A stretch of 63,535 nt of DNA, filler included, from Olpidium bornovanus S191 (GCA_017911155.1; 29 parts of 29 records of this genome joined end to end with filler, not necessarily neighbours in it), one strand, 5' to 3'. Counted from the first letter of the whole stretch, positions 26,145 to 38,767 are shown. Program-made: numbers and translations. The notes: generated from the letters alone by a model not told the origin.

Positions 26145-26267
26145 GCGGAAATCTGCCGTCTGGCTGTCGTCCAGGACTGCCAGCGCGGGGAAGCGGGTTC
26201 GGCGGGCGTTTCGTTCACTGCAGATGCGCCCTCGACGTCCGGCGACCCCCTGAAACACTCCTCGGCG

Positions 26268-26277
26268 GTCACGTGAC
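26268..26277. promoter_or_regulatory. Perfect palindromic E-box GTCACGTGAC (Cbf1/CLEAR-type)
   Basis: 124 bp upstream of the RBM25 ATG; further perfect copies at 37782 and 44943. Confidence 0.45.
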
Positions 26278-27238
26278 TGGCTCGTGGGCTGGAAGGAGCA
26301 AAAAAGAAAACCAGGGCGGACGTCCGTACAAAATCTGGTTGACGCGACTTGCCGCATGAAGCAGCAATTGCACCGAATTGTTCAGGTGCCAACATCTGGC
26401 TGTCACGTGAACGCCGACCCTCGGCCATGGGTGACCACCTCGTTGAAAAACACGTTCCCTCCTCATAACGAGCAGGAAATGCATGATGATCTTTTCGGAA
26501 TATCTTAAAGTACAAATAGCTGGGGGGACGTTTAACCTTTCAATGCTTCTCATGCAACCCGACGGAATCGTTACTGGGGTAACCAACTACAGCCTTCCCT
26601 TGCGTACTAACGCCCCTGTTTCTGGAAGGTTTGAATTTTACCTAAAAATGTGATCTTTTTGTACAATAGTTTTTTTGCGCCCCAAATTTAGACGTAGATA
26701 CAGCCTGGTGGATTTAAAAACATAACACCAAATTTTTGCTGGAATCCTGCACCATTCCAGCATTCCTGGAACGGAAAACAAAAAAAACATGNNNNNNNNN
26801 NNNNNNNNNNNNNNNNNNNNNNNNNNNNNNNNNNNTTAATTAATTAANNNNNNNNNNNNNNNNNNNNNNNNNNNNNNNNNNNNNNNNNNNNGCATGTCCC
26901 GGTCCCGCGTCAGGCTCGCCCCGAAAAAAACGACACGCGAAACGAATTTGCACGAAATTCCCTCCTCTCCCAGTCCCCTCCAACCACCCCGCCCGTTCGC
27001 AATAGAAGCGCGGGGGACCAGGCAGGCGCCGCCTTCTCGATCGGCAGCATTCAGCCGGCACACGCCCGCATCCCCGAGCTTCCTTGCGCCGAGCTTGTCC
27101 GGTGTTTGCCTGGGAAAGGAGGGGGGGTGCGGTTTGCGGGCGTGCGGTTCGCGAGTGCGCGCGAGCACCGCACTGTACAGTGCGGCCAAGCGTCGACGTG
27201 ATCTTTCTTAGACGACCGGCTTCGGACTTCAGCCAACC

Positions 27239-27743
27239 ATGTTTTCGGCCACTGCCCGCCAAAAAACCGTGCAGCGAGAAGCGCCGGAGGCGATAGACGC
27301 GCTTTGCGGTGACGGCGACGGGTACGAAGCCGCCCTGGCCGAGTTCACGGGCGTCAGCAACAACGAAGCCTATCAAAGGGCGTTCAACGCTCGCGTGCTC
27401 CGCCGCGACGCGGACGGCCGCTTCGTCGGCACAGACCAGCGGAGCCTATTTATCCCCGTCCTCTTCGAGATGATCCAAAGGCATCTTCCCTGCAGGCACC
27501 TCGCCGTTCTGGACGTGGGCGGGGGAGCAGGGGAGATCATGGACTGCATCGGGCACCTGTTCGCGAACGGGGCCACCGTTTACATCGAGGAGCCCAACAA
27601 CCTCATGCTGCAGGCCTACGTCGAACGCGTCGCGCGGCTGCCCAACCTGCTACTCGGCGGCACGTTTGCCGAGCCGCTCCAGTATTACTATGCGGAACAA
27701 AGACAGCCACAGGCTTCCCCCACTGCAGCCGGTTCGTGGATCT

Positions 27744-27786
<43 letters not shown>

Positions 27787-28456
27787 AGACAACCCGGGAT
27801 TGCCGCCGCCGTCCCTCGCGGCGGTGCGCGCGGACCTCATCCTATGCATCCACATGTTGTATCACCTCACCGACCCTGGCGACGAACGAGCCGATCCCGC
27901 CGATGACCTGCGGCAATTCATCCGGTTCCTCTACTCGTTGCTCGCCGACGGCGGCGTGCTGTTTGTCGTGTACGCGGACCTCGAACGCGGCGTGGCGGGC
28001 AAGGTTGCCGAGGCCTACTACTTAGCGGCGGACGCCGGCCCCGGCGCTACGACTAGCTGCAGCAACTTAGCGAAATTGTACCGCGCGCGCAACGAGATGT
28101 TCCTTCGTACGGACGACGACAGCGACGCCGTTTCGGACGCCCTGAGCGACATGGCCACGCCGACGACGGCGCCCCGGGTTCTCGCCCGGGCGGCGCTGCC
28201 AAGCCGCTTCTACGGCCGTTCCGTCGCGGACCTGGCGGTCATGTCGCTGGTGGGCGAGCTGTGTCCGGCGGACTCGGCGCCCTTCGACTTAGACAAGCTG
28301 AAGTTCGCCTTGCGGTATCTGGAGAACCCGGCGGACGCCCGCGACCTCGAAGTCGGCGTCGACACCGACCCGAGGAGCCCGCATTACGGCATGCACCGCG
28401 TCAACGAACCTCAGGTCCTCTGCGTCATCCAGAAAGCCAAAACGGAGATAAAATAA
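27239..28456 (+). CDS. Class I SAM-dependent methyltransferase, single exon, 405 aa
   Basis: Motif I LAVLDVGGGAGE, post-I YIEEPN, motif II DLILCIHMLYH, motif III LADGGVLFVV; (GGC)n poly-Gly insertion at about 27746-27783. Confidence 0.85.
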
Positions 28457-28611
28457 AAATTGACCTGCGCGCCTGGGAGGGAGCGGAGGGATGTTCCTGC
28501 AGAGAGGGGCNNNNNNNNNNNNNNNNNNNNNNNNNNNNNNNNNNNNNNNNNNNNTTAATTAATTAANNNNNNNNNNNNNNNNNNNNNNNNNNNNNNNNNN
28601 NNNNNNNNNNC

Positions 28612-29820
28612 ATGCTGTCGGCCCACGCGCAGCGCAGGGAGCCCGTCGTCCCCGCGGCAGCCGCCTCGCCGCCGAGGAGGAAGCGGTCTAGGGAGAGCGA
28701 GGGCGTCGCGGGCGGTGCGGGAGGAGATGTCGGTCGCCGTACCAGGCGCCGCGTCAACCCCGCGCCGTCTGCGGTGCCCAGCGCGCCCGCGGCCGCCGCC
28801 CTCGCCATCCCCACCGCCCCTTCCCCCACCTCCGCCCCCTCCCCCCACTCCCGCTCTTCCGTCCCCTCCGCTACCGCCCGCTCGGCGCCCGCCGCTCCCG
28901 CCCATTCAGGGCCCTCCGCCGCCTCCGCAGCCTCCGCCGCCGCCGCCGCCTCCGCCGCCCGCTCGCAGTCCGTCTCCGCAGCCGCCCCCGCCCATTCGGG
29001 GCCCTCCGCCGCCTCCGCAGCCTCCGCCGCCGCCGCCGCCTCCGCCGCCCGCTCGCAGTCCGTCTCCGCAGCCGCCCCCGCCCATTCGGGGCCCTCCGCC
29101 ACCGCCGCCGCCGCCGCCGCCGGGGCCATTGCCGCGGTCATTGCGGCCTTCGCGGTTTTCGCCGCCATTGCCGTCGCCGCCGGATCTCCCGCCAACACCG
29201 CCGACGACGCCGCCCCCACCGACGCCGCCCCCACCGACGCCGCCCCCACCGACGCCGCCCCCACCGACGCCGCCACCACCGACGCCGCCCCAGCGCCGGA
29301 CACCGCCGCCGCCACTGGCCCCGCCGGTCCCGTGGGGCCCGCCGGGCCTTTGGCCCTCCTCTGCCCGGCCTCCGCCGACGACGACGACCTCCCCGCGGAT
29401 TCGGCAACATCTGACCAGTGAGTAGATTTCAATCGTCAATGCAGACCATTTTCCACTTTGTTATGAACGGAAAAAAAAACCGAAGCTGATCAAATGCGCT
29501 CGCGCGTCATTCTTTTCACCAGGGATCTCACCGACGATGAAGATGTGTCTATGGACCTGTGCGAAACCGTCGGTGGGATCCTGGCGGTGTTGCCGGATCC
29601 CGGGGCCGCCGCAGCCGCCGCCACCGCCGGGCCCGCGATGGGCGGGCCCGCCCTCGCCGCCGGGGCGCCCCTCGCCGCCAAGCCCCCCCTCGCGGCGAGG
29701 GCCCCGCTCGCCGCCAGGCCCCCCTTGGCCCCCAAGCCCGCCCTCGCCGCGCCCGCCCCCACCGCCTCCGCCGCCTACGTCCCCTCTCTCGCCCCAAGTC
29801 CGGCGATGTCCGGCCCGTGA
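28612..29820 (+). CDS. Ala/Pro/Ser-rich low-complexity protein fragment
   Basis: The Ala-rich frame is preserved across the GTGAG...AG intron (ATSDQ|DLTDDEDVSMDL), which favours it over the poly-Pro frame. Confidence 0.5.
28891..29100 (+). repeat. 90-bp coding tandem repeat (about 2.3 copies), followed by a 15-bp DAAPT repeat at about 29206-29290
   Basis: 28891-28980 is nearly identical to 28981-29070; GACGCCGCCCCCACC occurs about 5 times. Confidence 0.93.
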
Positions 29821-31849
29821 GTGAACCGTCCATCAACAACGCCTTCAAATTTGTGCCAGTTTACGTCCTTTTCGAAACGCTGATCCGGCTGCGCGTTCGC
29901 CTCGTTTTTTTTTTTTTACCCGTGCCTTCCGCGCGCCCCCCACCGGAGTAGGCCGGCATCGCCGGACAGGGAGAGGCTGGGGACGATCCCCGAAGAGACC
30001 GAGGAGGAACTGCTGCTCGCATCGGAGGTAACTGCGAACGTCGGCCGTTTCCACCGTTGAGCCAGGGGCGGAAGGGCGGGAACGACGCTAACTGCCGCTT
30101 TCAGCCCGCCAGCGACGACATTTTGCGCAGGTGGTCGCTGGCGGGCTTCAGGGCCTCCGCCACCATCCTCACATTTGGCGGAGGCCGGGTGCGAGCAGTA
30201 GTAAACCTCGGTCTTGGGATGATGGTCGTCCGCCCTTTGGACGAGGGCGACGACGTCGCTGTCGTAAGTGAGGCCACGAGTGCCGCGGTATTCGTTTTTT
30301 TGCGTGTAATGATGTCTTGGCGGCTTGCTGATTGTATGACTACGTAAACCTGCAGGCCGCCATAGGCAGCGACGCCGTCACCCACCTGGGACCCAACTCC
30401 GGCGCCCAAGTAAACGCAACACTACGCCGGATTGGGACCCGCATGCAGGCGGCGGAGAGCGACGGACGTAAATGCCACGTTTCCTTTTGATGTGCTTTCT
30501 ACTTTTTTCTTCGTTTTTCCGTTCCCCTAACTCCTTCGCTTTTCATTTTATTAGTGTGAACCAAGAATCATATGGTATACCGGAACCTCGTTTTTTTTCC
30601 CGGTGAAATAATTTTCATTGCAAAAGTGCTGACGTATTCTCATCTTAATCTTTTAGAACATGAAACAATTTTGGTATATCTGTGCTGCAAATATTTTTCG
30701 GCCCGCAGCTGTTTGGGATAAACGCCTGCCGAACAATCTAACATACGCTCAAACCGCATCAAATTGTGCAGACACACAGGTTACGCCCAGGATCTTTCTT
30801 TATTTATTTTATTATTATATTTATTTTAATTATTTTATTTTATTTATTGTTTTTATGGTATTTACAATATTTATTTGTTTATTTTGTTTATTTTATTAAT
30901 TTATTTTTTCGCCATTTTCATGTTTACCGCAAAAAAACCCCAACACATTGAAGAACTACGCAACCTCTGATCCCCAGCAACTAAGGGGTACGTAGGCAAC
31001 CGACGAAGCTCCGCAATAAGTGGAGACCTGAGGTTTCTTCCCCCGTTACGACATTGGTCGGCGCGCCCACACATGTTTTTATTTATTCATGATTTATCAC
31101 GTCGCTCGGAACACATCAACCCGTCGTCTTTTCATTTTTCCTTTTTTTCCTGTGCGCCTCGTATTTCCATTTTTCTTTTCTCGCGCTGCACTGACGACCG
31201 AGCGCACACGCCCCTCCTTGCGAACAAGATCAACGTCGTAAATTTACCGATACGATCGCGGCATTCGGCCGGAAGAACGTGCTGATCCGACAGCAACGGC
31301 GAACGAAAAATAAAAAGAAGAGCCAGCGGTGTGCCAGCGGGGCGCCAGCGGGCTGACGATAAAACCTTCTTGAGTTCCTGTGACACCGGATACGTATTTT
31401 GGAAAAATAAGGGAGGATACGTCTAGATGGGAAATAACCTATGTGAAACGGCAATTTCTGTTGCCCTTCTAAAAAAGGGATTTTGGTCAGAACCCCGTCA
31501 TCTTTGCTTTATTCTTTCGTTGTACTATGACGCGTAAAGTCCCAGACTCCTTCTCTGACCACGGGCGCGCTACTTTGGGGCGGTTGCCGCCACCTCGGAA
31601 TTATTCCACACAACTTCGTTTTCAATACCGAACATAACCTCGGCGTACATGTACCTTACAACTACGGGAGTGACGACAGCCATTTCGGCACATGGATACT
31701 ACGTACAAACCACAGCAGCAACCAACCCGACCGATTATTATGGACGACCGCCAATGACGCCAGGCTACTACATGGGATCCTGTGCACGGTTTTGCTACGC
31801 CAATACCTACTACATCGGTACCGACTGCTAATTATGCACCCACGGCCGG

Positions 31850-32078
31850 ACACGTGCCGTATGGACACTATGGAGACCCTGTTTTTTACCAAGGGACTGG
31901 CCTGCACCAAATTGCTGGGGAGGCGCGTCGTCCGGTGTGGTGGTGAGCCCATTGCCAACAACGCTCAAAGGGCAATCCCGGAAGAATACGTGATTGGAAA
32001 GACCTTTATGCCGGTCTCGTTCAATGATTTGTGCCGCCAGATGCCGAAGACAAGGTCAATGGTCAACTCCTGGCATGC
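31850..32078 (+). mobile_element. Degenerate Ty3/gypsy Gag
   Basis: MDTMETLFFTKGL, then shifted frame IAGEARRPVWW*...IRDWKDLYAGLVQ*FVPPDAEDK, fitting the LxGxAxxWW...IxxW...FxP pattern. In-frame TGA at 31944 and 32025. Confidence 0.65.
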
Positions 32079-32319
32079 NNNNNNNNNNNNNNNNNNNNNN
32101 NNNNNNNNNNNNNNNNNNNNNNTTAATTAATTAANNNNNNNNNNNNNNNNNNNNNNNNNNNNNNNNNNNNNNNNNNNNACATGAGCGCACGCCCGGTGAA
32201 CCAATCGACTGTCGAGAACGAAAAAAAAAGTCTTTAGTAAAGCAAAAATCTCCCGCTTCAGGCGATCTCCCAGCCCGCGAAAAAGATCTCCGCGGTTTCT
32301 CGTTCCCCAAAATACCACC

Positions 32320-33652
32320 CCGCGCGGGGGATCACTTTCTCCTTCAATTCTTCTCCCACTTCGAAAACGAAATCGAGGCGGTCCTCGTCGTCGCCGTCAA
32401 TTTCCTCGCCGTCGTCGGGGATCCAGGGCGGCGAGAAGATGTTGAAAAAGGAGTCGACGGGGACGGTCTTGCTGACTTCGCGGGTTCTGCCCGTGCCCTT
32501 GTGGCGCTGGCGCTTGACCTCGATCCGGACGGTGAGGTCTTTCCCCGGCTTCCAGTCGACTTTGGTGCCCACGGCCCGGTCGTAGGACACCTCGCCGCCC
32601 GCGCCTTTTCCCTCGTAATAGTAGGTGATACTGAGGACCTCGTTCGAGAAAAACTCGTTTTCGGCGAAGTAGAAGAGCAGTTTGAACCCCGGTTTCTCAT
32701 CCGGCAGGTACGCCGTGCGGATGTCCGTCAGTGCGCGCAGCGCCGGCTCGTCCGACTCGGTTATGGTGTCGGCCAAATTAGGGTGATTTTTAAGCGCTCT
32801 CAGCCAGAACTCCGGCACGCCGTCCGCCACGTCCCGCTGGTCGTTTCCAGACGGCTCTTCCACCTCGACCTCCTCGGCGGCAAAACCGAAAATCTTTATG
32901 GCCTCGTTTCCCAAGTTTAGCTCCTCTTCGGTAGGCGGTGGTCCGGTGCCCGAGACCAGCTCAAACCGCTGCAACACGCGCACCGGGGCCGAAAAGCACT
33001 AAGCGATCAGCCTCCGCAAAAAAAAGGAAAAAAAAAACTTTCGCTCGCGCGGTGGAGCAGAAAAATGGGGTCGTTCGCAGCTTTACCCTGTCGAACAAGG
33101 GCTGAAAGAGCTTGTCGTATTTCTTTTCCAACGCAGAAACCTCCTTTTGGAACCGGCTCTCGAGCTCGCCCTGTTCGGCCTGGACGCGGCGCAAAGACCA
33201 CGACGGAGTGCGTAAGCTATTACCTCCGCAACGCGCCGTTCGCGCAAAGAAAAGCGGGTCGAGGCGCGGCCGGCAACATGCTGCGTGCGGTGGTCTGCGG
33301 TCGGGGGTCGCCGCTCTTCGGCCCGTGCCATCGCCCGTTTCTTGTTACCCTCGGCCCTCCGCGCCTGGCCGCGCCGCTTGGCTTCGCCCGCAGAACTCCC
33401 GGCCACAAGGCGGCGTGTCCAGCGCCCGCGCTCGGCCCTTCCCGGTCCCTCCTCCGATTCCCCGTCCTCCGGCCTGCGCCGTTCGCGCCGTACTTCCGAG
33501 GAATGGGCGCGCTCGCTCACCTGCACTCCTCTGAGCGCGGTGACCCTCGTCCGCGTCCGCGTCGGCAGGCTCTCGACGTAGCCGCCGGACGAGTTCATCA
33601 GGGACGCCAGGCGGTCCTGCAGCAAGTCCACGGCGCCGGCAGTGGCGGACAT
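32320..33652 (-). CDS. NAP1: Nucleosome assembly protein 1, spliced, 3' truncated
   Basis: DLLQDRLASLMNSSGGYVESLP; ALEKKYDKLFQPLF; GVPEFWLRALKNHP; FAENEFFSNEVL; VDWKPGKDLT; DSFFNIFSPP. Confidence 0.97.
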
Positions 33653-33687
33653 GGCGCGGAACGGGGGAGTGCAGCCCGGGGGCGGGG

Positions 33688-33721
<34 letters not shown>

Positions 33722-33977
33722 AGGGGGAAGGGGGGGGANNNNNNNNNNNNNNNNNNNNNNNNNNNNNNNNNNNNNNNNNNNNTTAATTAATTAANNNNNN
33801 NNNNNNNNNNNNNNNNNNNNNNNNNNNNNNNNNNNNNNGCTCCTTGTATCCTTAAAAATCCGGGCGCCCGCCCAGATGTCTGAGTTTTTTTTTAATTTCC
33901 AGAGTTTCGGGAAATTTGGAATTCAAAAAGGTCACGAGACTGAAAAACGAAGGTCGTTGCGCACCTCTGTTAACCAC

Positions 33978-34732
33978 TCATCCATCGACGACGCTCTCGC
34001 CCTCCGAAACCTTTGTTTCATCTTTGACTTGCAAATCGCTTGGACTGACGAGCAGGGTCGCCCTGACACCAATGTTTTGCAGGAAGGTCCGCATCTCTTC
34101 TGTGAAGTCTTCGTGGCGGAACAACAACATACGCCTTCCCGCTTGAGTCCCTTGGAAGCGCAGCATCGTGAATGCGTTGGGTAGTTTTGTAGTTGAACTT
34201 GCTAATTTTTGTCCATTCGACGGGCGTGTAAAATTGTGGGAGAGGCGTGTCGATGAGGGGGGCACCTTTTTCAATCAGCCTCTGGAAGCCGTCGGGTTCC
34301 AGAACAGTGTGCGTCCTGCCGGCTTTGATGAAGTCCCAGTCTGGTCCGCGCACCCCATCCTTTGCCTTCAACACATTGCCGATAGTAGGGTGGCGGTAAG
34401 TCCAGAGGAACCAGTAGAAGTTGGCAAGTTTCTGGGCGAGGGCGTCCAGGTACTTGTGACACGAGGCTTCGACAGACAACGTCTTGTACCGCTTCTGGCG
34501 AAACGCTTTCAGGTTCGGACCGGACGCCTTGCTCATTTCAGCTTGCCAGTGCTGCGAAAGGGCGAGTAGGCGGTGGTAGTCGTCAAGCTCCGCCTTGTCA
34601 CTGCGAGTGAGTTCGTTTTCATCCTTCTTGAGCAGCTCGAGACGCCTTGCTCGGAGCTTCTGGATGTCTGTTTCTACGGCTTTAAGCTCGGTTTTGAGCT
34701 CCAGGTAGGTTCGCTCAGAAGTGAGCGCCATC
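33978..34732 (-). pseudogene. Intronless orphan protein with a +1 frameshift
   Basis: The 267-aa ORF continues as HEDFTEEMRTFLQNIGVRATLL...* if one C is removed at about 34116 (CCG C CAC GAA). Helical N-terminus plus a globular domain. Confidence 0.55.
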
Positions 34733-34954
34733 ACTGTACGAGCATTTCGTTGGTTGTGCGAAGGTGAGGCAGCAGAGGAGCAAGTCAGAACAAGAAGTAC
34801 CTCACTCGCCAGAGCTGGCAAACAGGGAAAAAAAGTTGCGGCAGAAGCATGCGGGAGAGGCGAGAGCAGAAACTGTTGAGCAGAAAGCGTCTAGCTACTC
34901 GCCTTTGTTAAACGTCAGCTATTTGTGCGCCGCTCAGGCACAGGCGACGCAGCT

Positions 34955-35230
34955 TCCCGTTGTCGCCGGAGGTACCACCTCGGAAGAGTGAGCTCGTGGC
35001 GGCACGGGTGAGGTCGCACAGGAGAAGCGTTTTCCGTTGTCGGCGGAGATTCCACTGGCGGCACGGGTGAGGTCGCACAGGAGAAGCGTTTTCAGTTGTC
35101 GGCGGAGATTCCACCTCGTTCAAGGAAGAGCGAGCTCGTGGCGGCACGGGCGAGGTCACACAGGAGAAGCGTTTTCCGTTGTCGCCGCAGACACCACCTT
35201 GTCCAAGGAAGAGCGAGCTCGCGGCACCGG
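34955..35230. repeat. Minisatellite with core TGGCGGCACGGGYGAGGTCRCACAGGAGAAGCGTTTTC
   Basis: Copies at 34997, 35056 and 35139, plus linker CCACCTCGTYCAAGGAAGAGCGA at about 35111, 35196 and 35650. GC-rich GGCGAAGCG-type repeats follow (35285-35600). Confidence 0.88.
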
Positions 35231-35738
35231 ACCGGGAGGGCTCGTGGGACACCAAACTTGGTGTGGTGTTCGGAAGTTGCGGGGATGGCGAAGCGGCGAC
35301 GGCGAAGCGCGGGGCGCGGAGACGACGAAGCGGGGAGCGCGGCAACGGCGAAGCGTGGGGCACGGCGAAGCGTGGGGCACGGCGAAGCGTGGGGCACGGC
35401 GACGACTGGACGAAGCACCGGGCGCGGCGACGGCGGTGCAGCGACGGCGAAGCGTGCGGTGCGCGGCAGCAACGGGCGAAGCACGGCGTTGGCGAAGCGG
35501 CGACGGCGAAGCGCGGAAGCGCGGCGCCGGCGGAGAAGCAGAGCGCGGCGGCAACGGCGGAGCGTGGGGACGGCGACGGCGAAGCCCGGGGTGCGGAGCC
35601 GCGACGGAAGGCTTCCGGGATGGTTGCGTTATCCGTAGGCGCTGGAGGAGCCACCTCGTCCAAGGAAGAGCGACTCAAAAAAAAAAAAAAAAAAAAAAAA
35701 AACCCCCCCCCCCTCCCCCCCCCCCCCAAAAAAAAAGG

Positions 35739-35772
<34 letters not shown>

Positions 35773-36262
35773 GCGCCCCCCCTTTACCCGCCCCCGAAAA
35801 CTGATTTCTGCGCCGCTCCGCGGGGGAGAGAGAAGGGGGTGACAGCCTTTTCCGTTTCGACCAGCGCTGCTGCCCCGGCGGGGGCGCGCTTACCTTCGGG
35901 CCCCCCGGGGGACGGCGGGCCGAGCGTTTTTACCGCATGGACTCGAAGCAAAACTCCGACCAAGAAAATCCGTTCTCTTCCGGCCCCCATCCCGCCCCTT
36001 CCTTTTTCTCTCAAGTTTGATCGGGAGACGAAAATATTTCATGGAGTGGAAGTCGCCCTTGATTACCGGGTAATCCCGCACTCGAGCGACCAGCAGCGAA
36101 ACCACCGCTTGGGCTTTTAAGCGGTCCTCGCTGCACGACTCCGTATTGTAACAGGTCGGANNNNNNNNNNNNNNNNNNNNNNNNNNNNNNNNNNNNNNNN
36201 NNNNTTAATTAATTAANNNNNNNNNNNNNNNNNNNNNNNNNNNNNNNNNNNNNNNNNNNNAC

Positions 36263-38767
36263 ATGATCGCGAGCGTGCAGAAGACGGAGAAGCTGATGCC
36301 CGCGAAGGCCGACGCAAAAACGTCGGCGGCGGCGGCGGCGGAGGGCGCCGCGCTCGCAAAAACGCAGGAGCCAAAGGCCCCTAAGTTGAAGCGGCAGCAG
36401 TCCTTCCGGACTAAGCATTACAAATATCCCGAAGACGAGTGGGTAGCCTGATCTGAGGCGATTAAGGGCCGGTCGGGTCCTTTGCGCCCTTCCATCTGGG
36501 GCTCCTGACGACGGATTTGCCCCCTTCCATCTGGCTCCTGATGATGGGTTTGTTTTTTTTTCTTGTTCTCCTTTTGATCGCCCGACGCCCAGCGCGTTCA
36601 CGCACTCCTTGGACGAAACGATCCGGTGTGTGATACTGCGGCGTCGGAAATTTCCAGGGGAATTTCCGCTGGATGGGAACGCTGACGCTGCAGACCCGGT
36701 GGGGTCTCACACATCTCCCTCCCCCCCCCCCGTGTTCCGCCTCGCACAGGTACACAACGAAATTCCTGCCGAAACGAATGAGCCCCAACTTCCTGACTCT
36801 CGTCGGGTTCTTGATGCACGTCATCGCGTTCACCGCGTTCGAGCTCAAATGCATTTACTTCCCGAACAAGGACACGACGCTGAGCATCGACTCTCCGCCG
36901 GTGTGCCGGACGTCGCCGTGGTTCTACTCGCTTCTCGCCTGTAAGCCCTTTCCTTTTTTTTTTTTTTGTTTCTTTTGGGTTTGTCCAGGCGGCGTGCGCT
37001 CGCGGGCCGCGGAAGGCCTGAGAAACGAAGGCGACGTCTTTCCTCATCTCTCTTTTAGAAGATTTGGGTTCTTACTCCCCGCCCGGCCACCCCCCTCCTC
37101 CCCTCCCGCCGTCCCGTCCCCCGCCTCCTCCATACGCGCCTTCTCTGGCCAGCCGCCCAGCTGATCCGTTACATTTTTGATGTCCTGGTAAGCGTCCGTT
37201 TCCTCTCGTCCATATTCCTTCCCAACCCCCGCCTGCCGGAAATCTCTAACGCCCCGTCACCGGCCGCTCCGGCCGTCTCTCCCCACACGCCCCCCTTCCC
37301 CCCCACTCCCACCGCCGCATTTTTGCCAGGACGGAACCCACGCGCGGAACACCAACACGCAGTCGTACGTCCGGCACTATTTCGACCACATAGCGTAAGC
37401 GCCTTCCACCCGACAGCTCAAAACTTTTCCGCGAGGGGAAGGGGCGGGGGTTCCTTGTTTCCCGCACGGCCACCACGCGCGGCGTCGAAGTCGTGGCCCC
37501 TGAATGCTGCCCCCCCCCTCTCCCCCTCTCTGGCCCCATTCCCCGCCCCGCGCCCTGACTTACCCGCCGCCCCGTGCCGCTGGCGGCCGCGGCCTTTTTC
37601 GGGAACGCGGCTGGGTAGCGATGCCGCCTGCCTGGTTTTTTCCGCCGTCATCGGTACGACGATATACCCCAGCTTCGGTAAGCAATTTTTTTTTTTTGTT
37701 TTGTTTCGTTTTTTTTTTTTCGTTTGTGATTTGGGCGCGTTCTCGTGAGCGTGAGGGGGGAGGGTTTTTCGCGAAAGTTTTGTCACGTGACACCCCCCCC
37801 CCCTTCCGTCGCCTGCCTTCCCCTTACACGGCCAAAAAAAAAAATAAAAAATAAAATAAACACCAGTCAAGGTGCCGTCCCATTGGCTGCCCATCACGTT
37901 CTCCCTCCTCAGCTTCTACACTAGTTTCTCGCGGTACTTTTGCACCGGCCGGCTCCGCGTGCCGTACACAAGTGAGTCATCCCGGCCCCTCCCGCCCTCG
38001 CCCGTGTGCGTCTCTCTTCCTCCCTTTCTCTCTCTTCGTTCTCTCTGCAAATTGCGTTGTTTTCAACTCAAACGTTCGCGAACCCCCCCCCCCCCCACCC
38101 CTCCCTCCTTTCTCCCCTCTCCGGCTTACCGCGGCAAAACGAACATCTTCGCTCGCCAAAAAAAGACCACCTGTACAATTATCTAAACATCGTGTACTTT
38201 GGCCTCGTCACCATCGTCTCCGGCGACTCGAGCATTTGGGTGGGCCAATACTGGATGAGGATCGTGTATGGCGTGGGCAACGTGGCCGTGACGCTCCTTG
38301 TATTATACTACATGATATCGGTGAGGACAGCTGGCGTGCATACTAACTTTTACGTTAAGGAAGGGATCGGCGCGCGCGGTATTGCCACGGGGCGGCCGGA
38401 TGATTTGCCGGGAGGCGCGGCGGGCGTCATTTCCCGTTAATAGCTCTTCTCCCCCCCACACACGCCTCTTCCTCATCCTCTTCTCCAGGACATCTCCTAT
38501 TGCGTGCAGAAAACTCGGGCGCGAGTGGCCGGAACTCTCCGGCTGTACCGTTGGGTGCTCGGCACCTGCGCCACCCTGATCCTGAACGAGATACTCGTCT
38601 GGCAGCCGTCGGGCGTGACGCTGCTGATCGGCTCCCGGCCCGTCCCGTCGGCCGATTTTGCGCCGGTCCCCGCCCTCCCCGTGGCGGACGACCAGCGCAT
38701 CCAGATCAACGTCCTTTACGGCCTCCTCGTCGGGACCGCGCTCTGCGGGATCACGGACGAGCTCATG
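36263..38767 (+). CDS. CDP-alcohol phosphatidyltransferase (CPT1/EPT1-like), multi-exon, truncated
   Basis: KHYKY; FLPKRMSPNFLTLVGF; spliced motif FDVL|DGTHARNTNTQSYVRHYFDHIA|D; multiple TM exons. Confidence 0.85.
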
